Assembly (NCBI RefSeq): GCF_009914755.1
Contig: NC_060942.1
Direction: 5' to 3' (one strand)
Origin: the human T2T-CHM13v2.0 reference genome, Homo sapiens
Length of the DNA stretch: 64,000 nucleotides
Below the pieces are notes generated by a model, which saw nothing but the letters and a program-made list of their open reading frames with translations, ran no database searches and had not been told where the DNA came from. The translations under genes were made by a program, and so were the position numbers. Of this stretch, positions 35,645 to 50,600 are shown one piece after another; within the stretch, counting starts at the first letter, position 1; each line of letters opens with the position of its first letter.

Positions 35645-38600
35645 AGAAGCATTCTCAGAAACTTATTTGAGATGTGTGTACTCAACTAAGAGAATTGAAC
35701 CACCGTTTTGAAGGCGCAGTTTTGAAACACTCTTTTTCTGGAATCTGCAAGAGTATATTTGCCTAGCCTTGAGGATTTCGTTGGAAACGGGATTGTCTTC
35801 AGAGAAAATCTAGACAGAAGCATTCTCAGAAACTTCTTTGGGATGTTTGCATTCAAGTCACAGAGTAGAACATTCCCTTTGGTAGAGCAGGTTTGAAACA
35901 CTCTTTTTTTAGTATATGGAAGTGGACATTTTGATCGCTTTCAGGCCTACGTTGGAAAAGGAAATATCTTCCCATAACAACTAGACAGAAGCATTCTCAG
36001 AAACTAGTTTCTGATGTGTGTCCTCAACTAACACAGTTGAACATTTCTTTAGACAGAACAGTTTTGAAACACTCTTTTTGTGGAATCTGCAAGTGGCTAT
36101 TTGGCTAGATTTGAGGATTTCGTTGGAAACGGGATTACATATAAAAAGCAGTCAGCAGCATTCTCAGAAAGTTCTTTGTGATGATTGCATTCAAGTCACA
36201 GAATTGAACATTCCCTTTCACAGAGCAGGTTTGAAACACTCTTTTTGTAGTGTGTGTAAGTGGACATTTGGAGCACTTACCGGCCTAAGGTGAAAAAGGA
36301 AATATCTTCCCATAAAAACTAGACAGAAGCATTCTCAGAAACTTACTCGTGATGTGTGTCCTCAACTAAAGGAGTAGAACCTTTCTTTTCATAGAGAAGT
36401 TTTGAAACGCTCTTTTTGTGGAATCTGCAAGTGGATATTTGGCTAGTTTTGAGGATTTCGTTGGAAGCGGGAATTCATACAAATTGCAGACTGCAGCGTT
36501 CTGAGAAACATCTTTGTGATGTTTGTATTCAGGACACAGAGTTGAACATTCCCTATCATAGAGCAGGTTGGAATCACTCCTTTTGTAGTATCTGGAAGTG
36601 GACATTTGGAGCGCTTTCAGGCCTATGTTGGAAAAGGAAATATCTTCCCATAACAACTAGACAGAAGCATTCTCAGAAACTTATTTGAGATGTGTGTACT
36701 CAACTAAGAGAATTGAACCACCGTTTTGAAGGAGCAGTTTTGAAACACTCTTTTTCTGGAATCTGCAAGTGGATATTTGGCTAGCTTTGGGGATTTCGCT
36801 GGAAGCGGGAATACATATAAAAAGCACACAGCAGCGTTCTGAGAAACTGCTTTCTGATGTTTGCATTCAAGTCAAAAGTTGAACACTCCCTTTCATAGAG
36901 CAGTCTTGAAACACCCCTTTTGTAGTATCTGGAACTGGACTTTTGGAGCGATTTCAGGGCTAAGGTGAAAAAGGAAATATCTTCCCATAAAAACTGGACA
37001 GAAGCATTCTCAGAAACTTGGTTATGCTGTATCTACTCAACTAACAAAGTTGAACCTTTCTTTTGATAGAGCAGTTTTGAAATGGTCTTTTTGTGGAATC
37101 TGCAAGTGGATATTTGGCTAGTTTTGAGGATTTCGTTGGAAGCGGGAATTCATACAAATTGCAGACTGCAGCGTTCTGAGAAACATCTTTGTGATGTTTG
37201 TATTCAGGACACAGAGTTGAACATTCCCTATCATAGAGCAGGTTGGAATCACTCCTTTTGTAGTATCTGGAAGTGGACATTTGGAGCGCTTTCAGGCCTA
37301 TTTTGGAAAGGGAAATATCTTCCCGTAACAACTATGCAGAAGCATTCTCAGAAACTTGTTTGTGATGTGTGCCCTCTACTGACAGAGTTGAACCTTTCTT
37401 TTCATAGAGCAGTTTTGAAACACTCTTTTTGTAGAATCTGCAAGAGGATATTTGCATAGCTTTGAGGATTTCGTGGGAAACGGGATTGTCTTCAGGTAAA
37501 ATCTAGACAGAAGCATTCTCAGAAACTTCTTTGGGATGTTTGCATTCAAGTCACAGAGTAGAACATTCCCTTTGGTAGAGCAGGTTTGAAACACTCTTTT
37601 TGTAGTATCTGGAAGTGGACATTTGGAGCGCTTTCAGGCCCATGTTGGAAAGGGAAATATCTTCCCGTAACAACTAGGCAGAAGCATTCTCAGAAACTTA
37701 TTTGAGATGTGTGTACTCAACTAAGAGAATTGAACCACCGTTTTGAAGGAGCAGTTTTGAAACACTCTTTTTCTGGAATCTGCAAGAGTATATTTGCCTA
37801 GCCTTGAGGATTTCGTTGGAAACGGGATTGTCTTCAGAGAAAATCTAGACAGAAGTATTCTCAGAAACTTCTTTGGGATGTTTGCATTCAAGTCACAGAG
37901 TAGAACATTCCCTTTGGTAGAGCAGGTTTGAAACACTCTTTTTGTAGTATCTGGAAGTGGACATTTGGAGCGCTTTCAGGCCTACGTTGGAAAAGGAAAT
38001 ATCTTCCCATAACAACTAGACAGAAGCATTCTCAGAAACTAGTTTCTGATGTGTGTCCTCAACTAACACAGTTGAACATTTCTTTAGACAGAACAGTTTT
38101 GAAACACTCTTTTTGTGGAATCTGCAAGTGGCTATTTGGCTAGATTTGAGGATTTCGTTGGAAACGGGATTACATATAAAAAGCAGTCAGCAGCATTCTC
38201 AGAAAGTTCTTTGTGATGATTGCATTCAAGTCACAGAATTGAACATTCCCTTTCACAGAGCAGGTTTGAAACACTCTTTTTGTAGTGTGTGTAAGTGGAC
38301 ATTTGGAGCACTTACCGGCCTAAGGTGAAAAAGGAAATATCTTCCCATAAAAACTAGACAGAAGCATTCTCAGAAACTTACTCGTGATGTGTGTCCTCAA
38401 CTAAAGGAGTAGAACCTTTCTTTTCATAGAGAAGTTTTGAAACGCTCTTTTTGTGGAATCTGCAAGTGGATATTTGGCTAGTTTGGAGGATTTCGTTGGA
38501 AGCGGGAATTCATACAAATTGCAGACTGCAGCGTTCTGAGAAACATCTTTGTGATGTTTGTATTCAGGACACAGAGTTGAACATTCCCTATCATAGAGCA

Positions 38601-41600
38601 GGTTGGAATCACTCCTTTTGTAGTATCTGGAAGTGGACATTTGGAGCGCTTTCAGGCCTATGTTGGAAAAGGAAATATCTTCCCATAACAACTAGACAGA
38701 AGCATTCTCAGAAACTTATTTGAGATGTGTGTACTCAACTAAGAGAATTGAACCACCGTTTTGAAGGAGCAGTTTTGAAACACTCTTTTTCTGGAATCTG
38801 CAAGTGGATATTTGGCTAGCTTTGGGGATTTCGCTGGAAGCGGGAATACATATAAAAAGCACACAGCAGCGTTCTGAGAAACTGCTTTCTGATGTTTGCA
38901 TTCAAGTCAAAAGTTGAACACTCCCTTTCATAGAGCAGTCTTGAAACACCCCTTTTGTAGTATCTGGAACTGGACTTTTGGAGCGATTTCAGGGCTAAGG
39001 TGAAAAAGGAAATATCTTCCCATAAAAACTGGACAGAAGCATTCTCAGAAACTTGGTTATGCTGTATCTACTCAACTAACAAAGTTGAACCTTTCTTTTG
39101 ATAGAGCAGTTTTGAAATGGTCTTTTTGTGGAATCTGCAAGTGGATATTTGGCTAGTTTTGAGGATTTCGTTGGAAGCGGGAATTCATACAAATTGCAGA
39201 CTGCAGCGTTCTGAGAAACATCTTTGTGATGTTTGTATTCAGGACACAGAGTTGAACATTCCCTATCATAGAGCAGGTTGGAATCACTCCTTTTGTAGTA
39301 TCTGGAAGTGGACATTTGGAGCGCTTTCAGGCCTATTTTGGAAAGGGAAATATCTTCCCGTAACAACTATGCAGAAGCATTCTCAGAAACTTGTTTGTGA
39401 TGTGTGCCCTCTACTGACAGAGTTGAACCTTTCTTTTCATAGAGCAGTTTTGAAACACTCTTTTTGTAGAATCTGCAAGAGGATATTTGCATAGCTTTGA
39501 GGATTTCGTGGGAAACGGGATTGTCTTCAGGTAAAATCTAGACAGAAGCATTCTCAGAAACTTCTTTGGGATGTTTGCATTCAAGTCACAGAGTAGAACA
39601 TTCCCTTTGGTAGAGCAGGTTTGAAACACTCTTTTTGTAGTATCTGGAAGTGGACATTTGGAGCGCTTTCAGGCCCATGTTGGAAAGGGAAATATCTTCC
39701 CGTAACAACTAGGCAGAAGCATTCTCAGAAACTTATTTGAGATGTGTGTACTCAACTAAGAGAATTGAACCACCGTTTTGAAGGAGCAGTTTTGAAACAC
39801 TCTTTTTCTGGAATCTGCAAGAGTATATTTGCCTAGCCTTGAGGATTTCGTTGGAAACGGGATTGTCTTCAGAGAAAATCTAGACAGAAGCATTCTCAGA
39901 AACTTCTTTGGGATGTTTGCATTCAAGTCACAGAGTAGAACATTCCCTTTGGTAGAGCAGGTTTGAAACACTCTTTTTTTAGTATATGGAAGTGGACATT
40001 TTGATCGCTTTCAGGCCTACGTTGGAAAAGGAAATATCTTCCCATAACAACTAGACAGAAGCATTCTCAGAAACTAGTTTCTGATGTGTGTCCTCAACTA
40101 ACACAGTTGAACATTTCTTTAGACAGAACAGTTTTGAAACACTCTTTTTGTGGAATCTGCAAGTGGCTATTTGGCTAGATTTGAGGATTTCGTTAGAAAC
40201 GGGATTACATATAAAAAGCAGTCAGCAGCATTCTCAGAAAGTTCTTTGTGATGATTGCATTCAAGTCACAGAATTGAACATTCCCTTTCACAGAGCAGGT
40301 TTGAAACACTCTTTTTGTAGTGTGTGTAAGTGGACATTTGGAGCACTTACCGGCCTAAGGTGAAAAAGGAAATATCTTCCCATAAAAACTAGACAGAAGC
40401 ATTCTCAGAAACTTACTCGTGATGTGTGTCCTCAACTAAAGGAGTAGAACCTTTCTTTTCATAGAGAAGTTTTGAAACGCTCTTTTTGTGGAATCTGCAA
40501 GTGGATATTTGGCTAGTTTTGAGGATTTCGTTGGAAGCGGGAATTCATACAAATTGCAGACTGCAGCGTTCTGAGAAACATCTTTGTGATGTTTGTATTC
40601 AGGACACAGAGTTGAACATTCCCTATCATAGAGCAGGTTTGAATCACTCCTTTTGTAGTATCTGGAAGTGGACATTTGGAGCGCTTTCAGGCCTATGTTG
40701 GAAAAGGAAATATCTTCCCATAACAACTAGACAGAAGCATTCTCAGAAACTTATTTGAGATGTGTGTACTCAACTAAGAGAATTGAACCACCGTTTTGAA
40801 GGAGCAGTTTTGAAACTCTCTTTTTCTGGAATCTGCAAGTGGATATTTGGCTAGCTTTGGGGATTTCGCTGGAAGCGGGAATACATATAAAAAGCACACA
40901 GCAGCGTTCTGAGAAACTGCTTTCTGATGTTTGCATTCAAGTCAAAAGTTGAACACTCCCTTTCATAGAGCAGTCTTGAAACACCCCTTTTGTAGTATCT
41001 GGAACTGGACTTTTGGAGCGATTTCAGGGCTAAGGTGAAAAAGGAAATATCTTCCCATAAAAACTGGACAGAAGCATTCTCAGAAACTTGGTTATGCTGT
41101 ATCTACTCAACTAACAAAGTTGAACCTTTCTTTTGATAGAGCAGTTTTGAAATGGTCTTTTTGTGGAATCTGCAAGTGGATATTTGGCTAGTTTTGAGGA
41201 TTTCGTTGGAAGCGGGAATTCATACAAATTGCAGACTGCAGCGTTCTGAGAAACATCTTTGTGATGTTTGTATTCAGGACACAGAGTTGAACATTCCCTA
41301 TCATAGAGCAGGTTGGAATCACTCCTTTTGTAGTATCTGGAAGTGGACATTTGGAGCGCTTTCAGGCCTATTTTGGAAAGGGAAATATCTTCCCGTAACA
41401 ACTATGCAGAAGCATTCTCAGAAACTTGTTTGTGATGTGTGCCCTCTACTGACAGAGTTGAACCTTTCTTTTCATAGAGCAGTTTTGAAACACTCTTTTT
41501 GTAGAATCTGCAAGAGGATATTTGCATAGCTTTGAGGATTTCGTGGGAAACGGGATTGTCTTCAGGTAAAATCTAGACAGAAGCATTCTCAGAAACTTCT

Positions 41601-44600
41601 TTGGGATGTTTGCATTCAAGTCACAGAGTAGAACATTCCCTTTGGTAGAGCAGGTTTGAAACACTCTTTTTGTAGTATCTGGAAGTGGACATTTGGAGCG
41701 CTTTCAGGCCCATGTTGGAAAGGGAAATATCTTCCCGTAACAACTAGGCAGAAGCATTCTCAGAAACTTATTTGAGATGTGTGTACTCAACTAAGAGAAT
41801 TGAACCACCGTTTTGAAGGAGCAGTTTTGAAACACTCTTTTTCTGGAATCTGCAAGAGTATATTTGCCTAGCCTTGAGGATTTCGTTGGAAACGGGATTG
41901 TCTTCAGAGAAAATCTAGACAGAAGTATTCTCAGAAACTTCTTTGGGATGTTTGCATTCAAGTCACAGAGTAGAACATTCCCTTTGGTAGAGCAGGTTTG
42001 AAACACTCTTTTTGTAGTATCTGGAAGTGGACATTTGGAGCGCTTTCAGGCCTACGTTGGAAAAGGAAATATCTTCCCATAACAACTAGACAGAAGCATT
42101 CTCAGAAACTAGTTTCTGATGTGTGTCCTCAACTAACACAGTTGAACATTTCTTTAGACAGAACAGTTTTGAAACACTCTTTTTGTGGAATCTGCAAGTG
42201 GCTATTTGGCTAGATTTGAGGATTTCGTTGGAAACGGGATTACATATAAAAAGCAGTCAGCAGCATTCTCAGAAAGTTCTTTGTGATGATTGCATTCAAG
42301 TCACAGAATTGAACATTCCCTTTCACAGAGCAGGTTTGAAACACTCTTTTTGTAGTGTGTGTAAGTGGACATTTGGAGCACTTACCGGCCTAAGGTGAAA
42401 AAGGAAATATCTTCCCATAAAAACTAGACAGAAGCATTCTCAGAAACTTACTCGTGATGTGTGTCCTCAACTAAAGGAGTAGAACCTTTCTTTTCATAGA
42501 GAAGTTTTGAAACGCTCTTTTTGTGGAATCTGCAAGTGGATATTTGGCTAGTTTGGAGGATTTCGTTGGAAGCGGGAATTCATACAAATTGCAGACTGCA
42601 GCGTTCTGAGAAACATCTTTGTGATGTTTGTATTCAGGACACAGAGTTGAACATTCCCTATCATAGAGCAGGTTTGAATCACTCCTTTTGTAGTATCTGG
42701 AAGTGGACATTTGGAGCGCTTTCAGGCCTATGTTGGAAAAGGAAATATCTTCCCATAACAACTAGACAGAAGCATTCTCAGAAACTTATTTGAGATGTGT
42801 GTACTCAACTAAGAGAATTGAACCACCGTTTTGAAGGAGCAGTTTTGAAACACTCTTTTTCTGGAATCTGCAAGTGGATATTTGGCTAGCTTTGGGGATT
42901 TCGCTGGAAGCGGGAATACATATAAAAAGCACACAGCAGCGTTCTGAGAAACTGCTTTCTGATGTTTGCATTCAAGTCAAAAGTTGAACACTCCCTTTCA
43001 TAGAGCAGTCTTGAAACACCCCTTTTGTAGTATCTGGAACTGGACTTTTGGAGCGATTTCAGGGCTAAGGTGAAAAAGGAAATATCTTCCCATAAAAACT
43101 GGACAGAAGCATTCTCAGAAACTTGGTTATGCTGTATCTACTCAACTAACAAAGTTGAACCTTTCTTTTGATAGAGCAGTTTTGAAATGGTCTTTTTGTG
43201 GAATCTGCAAGTGGATATTTGGCTAGTTTTGAGGATTTCGTTGGAAGCGGGAATTCATACAAATTGCAGACTGCAGCGTTCTGAGAAACATCTTTGTGAT
43301 GTTTGTATTCAGGACACAGAGTTGAACATTCCCTATCATAGAGCAGGTTGGAATCACTCCTTTTGTAGTATCTGGAAGTGGACATTTGGAGCGCTTTCAG
43401 GCCTATTTTGGAAAGGGAAATATCTTCCCGTAACAACTATGCAGAAGCATTCTCAGAAACTTGTTTGTGATGTGTGCCCTCTACTGACAGAGTTGAACCT
43501 TTCTTTTCATAGAGCAGTTTTGAAACACTCTTTTTGTAGAATCTGCAAGAGGATATTTGCATAGCTTTGAGGATTTCGTGGGAAACGGGATTGTCTTCAG
43601 GTAAAATCTAGACAGAAGCATTCTCAGAAACTTCTTTGGGATGTTTGCATTCAAGTCACAGAGTAGAACATTCCCTTTGGTAGAGCAGGTTTGAAACACT
43701 CTTTTTGTAGTATCTGGAAGTGGACATTTGGAGCGCTTTCAGGCCCATGTTGGAAAGGGAAATATCTTCCCGTAACAACTAGGCAGAAGCATTCTCAGAA
43801 ACTTATTTGAGATGTGTGTACTCAACTAAGAGAATTGAACCACCGTTTTGAAGGAGCAGTTTTGAAACACTCTTTTTCTGGAATCTGCAAGAGTATATTT
43901 GCCTAGCCTTGAGGATTTCGTTGGAAACGGGATTGTCTTCAGAGAAAATCTAGACAGAAGTATTCTCAGAAACTTCTTTGGGATGTTTGCATTCAAGTCA
44001 CAGAGTAGAACATTCCCTTTGGTAGAGCAGGTTTGAAACACTCTTTTTGTAGTATCTGGAAGTGGACATTTGGAGCGCTTTCAGGCCTACGTTGGAAAAG
44101 GAAATATCTTCCCATAACAACTAGACAGAAGCATTCTCAGAAACTAGTTTCTGATGTGTGTCCTCAACTAACACAGTTGAACATTTCTTTAGACAGAACA
44201 GTTTTGAAACACTCTTTTTGTGGAATCTGCAAGTGGCTATTTGGCTAGATTTGAGGATTTCGTTGGAAACGGGATTACATATAAAAAGCAGTCAGCAGCA
44301 TTCTCAGAAAGTTCTTTGTGATGATTGCATTCAAGTCACAGAATTGAACATTCCCTTTCACAGAGCAGGTTTGAAACACTCTTTTTGTAGTGTGTGTAAG
44401 TGGACATTTGGAGCACTTACCGGCCTAAGGTGAAAAAGGAAATATCTTCCCATAAAAACTAGACAGAAGCATTCTCAGAAACTTACTCGTGATGTGTGTC
44501 CTCAACTAAAGGAGTAGAACCTTTCTTTTCATAGAGAAGTTTTGAAACGCTCTTTTTGTGGAATCTGCAAGTGGATATTTGGCTAGTTTGGAGGATTTCG

Positions 44601-47600
44601 TTGGAAGCGGGAATTCATACAAATTGCAGACTGCAGCGTTCTGAGAAACATCTTTGTGATGTTTGTATTCAGGACACAGAGTTGAACATTCCCTATCATA
44701 GAGCAGGTTTGAATCACTCCTTTTGTAGTATCTGGAAGTGGACATTTGGAGCGCTTTCAGGCCTATGTTGGAAAAGGAAATATCTTCCCATAACAACTAG
44801 ACAGAAGCATTCTCAGAAACTTATTTGAGATGTGTGTACTCAACTAAGAGAATTGAACCACCGTTTTGAAGGAGCAGTTTTGAAACACTCTTTTTCTGGA
44901 ATCTGCAAGTGGATATTTGGCTAGCTTTGGGGATTTCGCTGGAAGCGGGAATACATATAAAAAGCACACAGCAGCGTTCTGAGAAACTGCTTTCTGATGT
45001 TTGCATTCAAGTCAAAAGTTGAACACTCCCTTTCATAGAGCAGTCTTGAAACACCCCTTTTGTAGTATCTGGAACTGGACTTTTGGAGCGATTTCAGGGC
45101 TAAGGTGAAAAAGGAAATATCTTCCCATAAAAACTGGACAGAAGCATTCTCAGAAACTTGGTTATGCTGTATCTACTCAACTAACAAAGTTGAACCTTTC
45201 TTTTGATAGAGCAGTTTTGAAATGGTCTTTTTGTGGAATCTGCAAGTGGATATTTGGCTAGTTTTGAGGATTTCGTTGGAAGCGGGAATTCATACAAATT
45301 GCAGACTGCAGCGTTCTGAGAAACATCTTTGTGATGTTTGTATTCAGGACACAGAGTTGAACATTCCCTATCATAGAGCAGGTTGGAATCACTCCTTTTG
45401 TAGTATCTGGAAGTGGACATTTGGAGCGCTTTCAGGCCTATTTTGGAAAGGGAAATATCTTCCCGTAACAACTATGCAGAAGCATTCTCAGAAACTTGTT
45501 TGTGATGTGTGCCCTCTACTGACAGAGTTGAACCTTTCTTTTCATAGAGCAGTTTTGAAACACTCTTTTTGTAGAATCTGCAAGAGGATATTTGCATAGC
45601 TTTGAGGATTTCGTGGGAAACGGGATTGTCTTCAGGTAAAATCTAGACAGAAGCATTCTCAGAAACTTCTTTGGGATGTTTGCATTCAAGTCACAGAGTA
45701 GAACATTCCCTTTGGTAGAGCAGGTTTGAAACACTCTTTTTGTAGTATCTGGAAGTGGACATTTGGAGCGCTTTCAGGCCCATGTTGGAAAGGGAAATAT
45801 CTTCCCGTAACAACTAGGCAGAAGCATTCTCAGAAACTTATTTGAGATGTGTGTACTCAACTAAGAGAATTGAACCACCGTTTTGAAGGAGCAGTTTTGA
45901 AACACTCTTTTTCTGGAATCTGCAAGAGTATATTTGCCTAGCCTTGAGGATTTCGTTGGAAACGGGATTGTCTTCAGAGAAAATCTAGACAGAAGCATTC
46001 TCAGAAACTTCTTTGGGATGTTTGCATTCAAGTCACAGAGTAGAACATTCCCTTTGGTAGAGCAGGTTTGAAACACTCTTTTTTTAGTATATGGAAGTGG
46101 ACATTTTGATCGCTTTCAGGCCTACGTTGGAAAAGGAAATATCTTCCCATAACAACTAGACAGAAGCATTCTCAGAAACTAGTTTCTGATGTGTGTCCTC
46201 AACTAACACAGTTGAACATTTCTTTAGACAGAACAGTTTTGAAACACTCTTTTTGTGGAATCTGCAAGTGGCTATTTGGCTAGATTTGAGGATTTCGTTA
46301 GAAACGGGATTACATATAAAAAGCAGTCAGCAGCATTCTCAGAAAGTTCTTTGTGATGATTGCATTCAAGTCACAGAATTGAACATTCCCTTTCACAGAG
46401 CAGGTTTGAAACACTCTTTTTGTAGTGTGTGTAAGTGGACATTTGGAGCACTTACCGGCCTAAGGTGAAAAAGGAAATATCTTCCCATAAAAACTAGACA
46501 GAAGCATTCTCAGAAACTTACTCGTGATGTGTGTCCTCAACTAAAGGAGTAGAACCTTTCTTTTCATAGAGAAGTTTTGAAACGCTCTTTTTGTGGAATC
46601 TGCAAGTGGATATTTGGCTAGTTTTGAGGATTTCGTTGGAAGCGGGAATTCATACAAATTGCAGACTGCAGCGTTCTGAGAAACATCTTTGTGATGTTTG
46701 TATTCAGGACACAGAGTTGAACATTCCCTATCATAGAGCAGGTTTGAATCACTCCTTTTGTAGTATCTGGAAGTGGACATTTGGAGCGCTTTCAGGCCTA
46801 TGTTGGAAAAGGAAATATCTTCCCATAACAACTAGACAGAAGCATTCTCAGAAACTTATTTGAGATGTGTGTACTCAACTAAGAGAATTGAACCACCGTT
46901 TTGAAGGAGCAGTTTTGAAACTCTCTTTTTCTGGAATCTGCAAGTGGATATTTGGCTAGCTTTGGGGATTTCGCTGGAAGCGGGAATACATATAAAAAGC
47001 ACACAGCAGCGTTCTGAGAAACTGCTTTCTGATGTTTGCATTCAAGTCAAAAGTTGAACACTCCCTTTCATAGAGCAGTCTTGAAACACCCCTTTTGTAG
47101 TATCTGGAACTGGACTTTTGGAGCGATTTCAGGGCTAAGGTGAAAAAGGAAATATCTTCCCATAAAAACTGGACAGAAGCATTCTCAGAAACTTGGTTAT
47201 GCTGTATCTACTCAACTAACAAAGTTGAACCTTTCTTTTGATAGAGCAGTTTTGAAATGGTCTTTTTGTGGAATCTGCAAGTGGATATTTGGCTAGTTTT
47301 GAGGATTTCGTTGGAAGCGGGAATTCATACAAATTGCAGACTGCAGCGTTCTGAGAAACATCTTTGTGATGTTTGTATTCAGGACACAGAGTTGAACATT
47401 CCCTATCATAGAGCAGGTTGGAATCACTCCTTTTGTAGTATCTGGAAGTGGACATTTGGAGCGCTTTCAGGCCTATTTTGGAAAGGGAAATATCTTCCCG
47501 TAACAACTATGCAGAAGCATTCTCAGAAACTTGTTTGTGATGTGTGCCCTCTACTGACAGAGTTGAACCTTTCTTTTCATAGAGCAGTTTTGAAACACTC

Positions 47601-50600
47601 TTTTTGTAGAATCTGCAAGAGGATATTTGCATAGCTTTGAGGATTTCGTGGGAAACGGGATTGTCTTCAGGTAAAATCTAGACAGAAGCATTCTCAGAAA
47701 CTTCTTTGGGATGTTTGCATTCAAGTCACAGAGTAGAACATTCCCTTTGGTAGAGCAGGTTTGAAACACTCTTTTTGTAGTATCTGGAAGTGGACATTTG
47801 GAGCGCTTTCAGGCCCATGTTGGAAAGGGAAATATCTTCCCGTAACAACTAGGCAGAAGCATTCTCAGAAACTTATTTGAGATGTGTGTACTCAACTAAG
47901 AGAATTGAACCACCGTTTTGAAGGAGCAGTTTTGAAACACTCTTTTTCTGGAATCTGCAAGAGTATATTTGCCTAGCCTTGAGGATTTCGTTGGAAACGG
48001 GATTGTCTTCAGAGAAAATCTAGACAGAAGTATTCTCAGAAACTTCTTTGGGATGTTTGCATTCAAGTCACAGAGTAGAACATTCCCTTTGGTAGAGCAG
48101 GTTTGAAACACTCTTTTTGTAGTATCTGGAAGTGGACATTTGGAGCGCTTTCAGGCCTACGTTGGAAAAGGAAATATCTTCCCATAACAACTAGACAGAA
48201 GCATTCTCAGAAACTAGTTTCTGATGTGTGTCCTCAACTAACACAGTTGAACATTTCTTTAGACAGAACAGTTTTGAAACACTCTTTTTGTGGAATCTGC
48301 AAGTGGCTATTTGGCTAGATTTGAGGATTTCGTTGGAAACGGGATTACATATAAAAAGCAGTCAGCAGCATTCTCAGAAAGTTCTTTGTGATGATTGCAT
48401 TCAAGTCACAGAATTGAACATTCCCTTTCACAGAGCAGGTTTGAAACACTCTTTTTGTAGTGTGTGTAAGTGGACATTTGGAGCACTTACCGGCCTAAGG
48501 TGAAAAAGGAAATATCTTCCCATAAAAACTAGACAGAAGCATTCTCAGAAACTTACTCGTGATGTGTGTCCTCAACTAAAGGAGTAGAACCTTTCTTTTC
48601 ATAGAGAAGTTTTGAAACGCTCTTTTTGTGGAATCTGCAAGTGGATATTTGGCTAGTTTGGAGGATTTCGTTGGAAGCGGGAATTCATACAAATTGCAGA
48701 CTGCAGCGTTCTGAGAAACATCTTTGTGATGTTTGTATTCAGGACACAGAGTTGAACATTCCCTATCATAGAGCAGGTTTGAATCACTCCTTTTGTAGTA
48801 TCTGGAAGTGGACATTTGGAGCGCTTTCAGGCCTATGTTGGAAAAGGAAATATCTTCCCATAACAACTAGACAGAAGCATTCTCAGAAACTTATTTGAGA
48901 TGTGTGTACTCAACTAAGAGAATTGAACCACCGTTTTGAAGGAGCAGTTTTGAAACACTCTTTTTCTGGAATCTGCAAGTGGATATTTGGCTAGCTTTGG
49001 GGATTTCGCTGGAAGCGGGAATACATATAAAAAGCACACAGCAGCGTTCTGAGAAACTGCTTTCTGATGTTTGCATTCAAGTCAAAAGTTGAACACTCCC
49101 TTTCATAGAGCAGTCTTGAAACACCCCTTTTGTAGTATCTGGAACTGGACTTTTGGAGCGATTTCAGGGCTAAGGTGAAAAAGGAAATATCTTCCCATAA
49201 AAACTGGACAGAAGCATTCTCAGAAACTTGGTTATGCTGTATCTACTCAACTAACAAAGTTGAACCTTTCTTTTGATAGAGCAGTTTTGAAATGGTCTTT
49301 TTGTGGAATCTGCAAGTGGATATTTGGCTAGTTTTGAGGATTTCGTTGGAAGCGGGAATTCATACAAATTGCAGACTGCAGCGTTCTGAGAAACATCTTT
49401 GTGATGTTTGTATTCAGGACACAGAGTTGAACATTCCCTATCATAGAGCAGGTTGGAATCACTCCTTTTGTAGTATCTGGAAGTGGACATTTGGAGCGCT
49501 TTCAGGCCTATTTTGGAAAGGGAAATATCTTCCCGTAACAACTATGCAGAAGCATTCTCAGAAACTTGTTTGTGATGTGTGCCCTCTACTGACAGAGTTG
49601 AACCTTTCTTTTCATAGAGCAGTTTTGAAACACTCTTTTTGTAGAATCTGCAAGAGGATATTTGCATAGCTTTGAGGATTTCGTGGGAAACGGGATTGTC
49701 TTCAGGTAAAATCTAGACAGAAGCATTCTCAGAAACTTCTTTGGGATGTTTGCATTCAAGTCACAGAGTAGAACATTCCCTTTGGTAGAGCAGGTTTGAA
49801 ACACTCTTTTTGTAGTATCTGGAAGTGGACATTTGGAGCGCTTTCAGGCCCATGTTGGAAAGGGAAATATCTTCCCGTAACAACTAGGCAGAAGCATTCT
49901 CAGAAACTTATTTGAGATGTGTGTACTCAACTAAGAGAATTGAACCACCGTTTTGAAGGAGCAGTTTTGAAACACTCTTTTTCTGGAATCTGCAAGAGTA
50001 TATTTGCCTAGCCTTGAGGATTTCGTTGGAAACGGGATTGTCTTCAGAGAAAATCTAGACAGAAGCATTCTCAGAAACTTCTTTGGGATGTTTGCATTCA
50101 AGTCACAGAGTAGAACATTCCCTTTGGTAGAGCAGGTTTGAAACACTCTTTTTTTAGTATATGGAAGTGGACATTTTGATCGCTTTCAGGCCTACGTTGG
50201 AAAAGGAAATATCTTCCCATAACAACTAGACAGAAGCATTCTCAGAAACTAGTTTCTGATGTGTGTCCTCAACTAACACAGTTGAACATTTCTTTAGACA
50301 GAACAGTTTTGAAACACTCTTTTTGTGGAATCTGCAAGTGGCTATTTGGCTAGATTTGAGGATTTCGTTAGAAACGGGATTACATATAAAAAGCAGTCAG
50401 CAGCATTCTCAGAAAGTTCTTTGTGATGATTGCATTCAAGTCACAGAATTGAACATTCCCTTTCACAGAGCAGGTTTGAAACACTCTTTTTGTAGTGTGT
50501 GTAAGTGGACATTTGGAGCACTTACCGGCCTAAGGTGAAAAAGGAAATATCTTCCCATAAAAACTAGACAGAAGCATTCTCAGAAACTTACTCGTGATGT

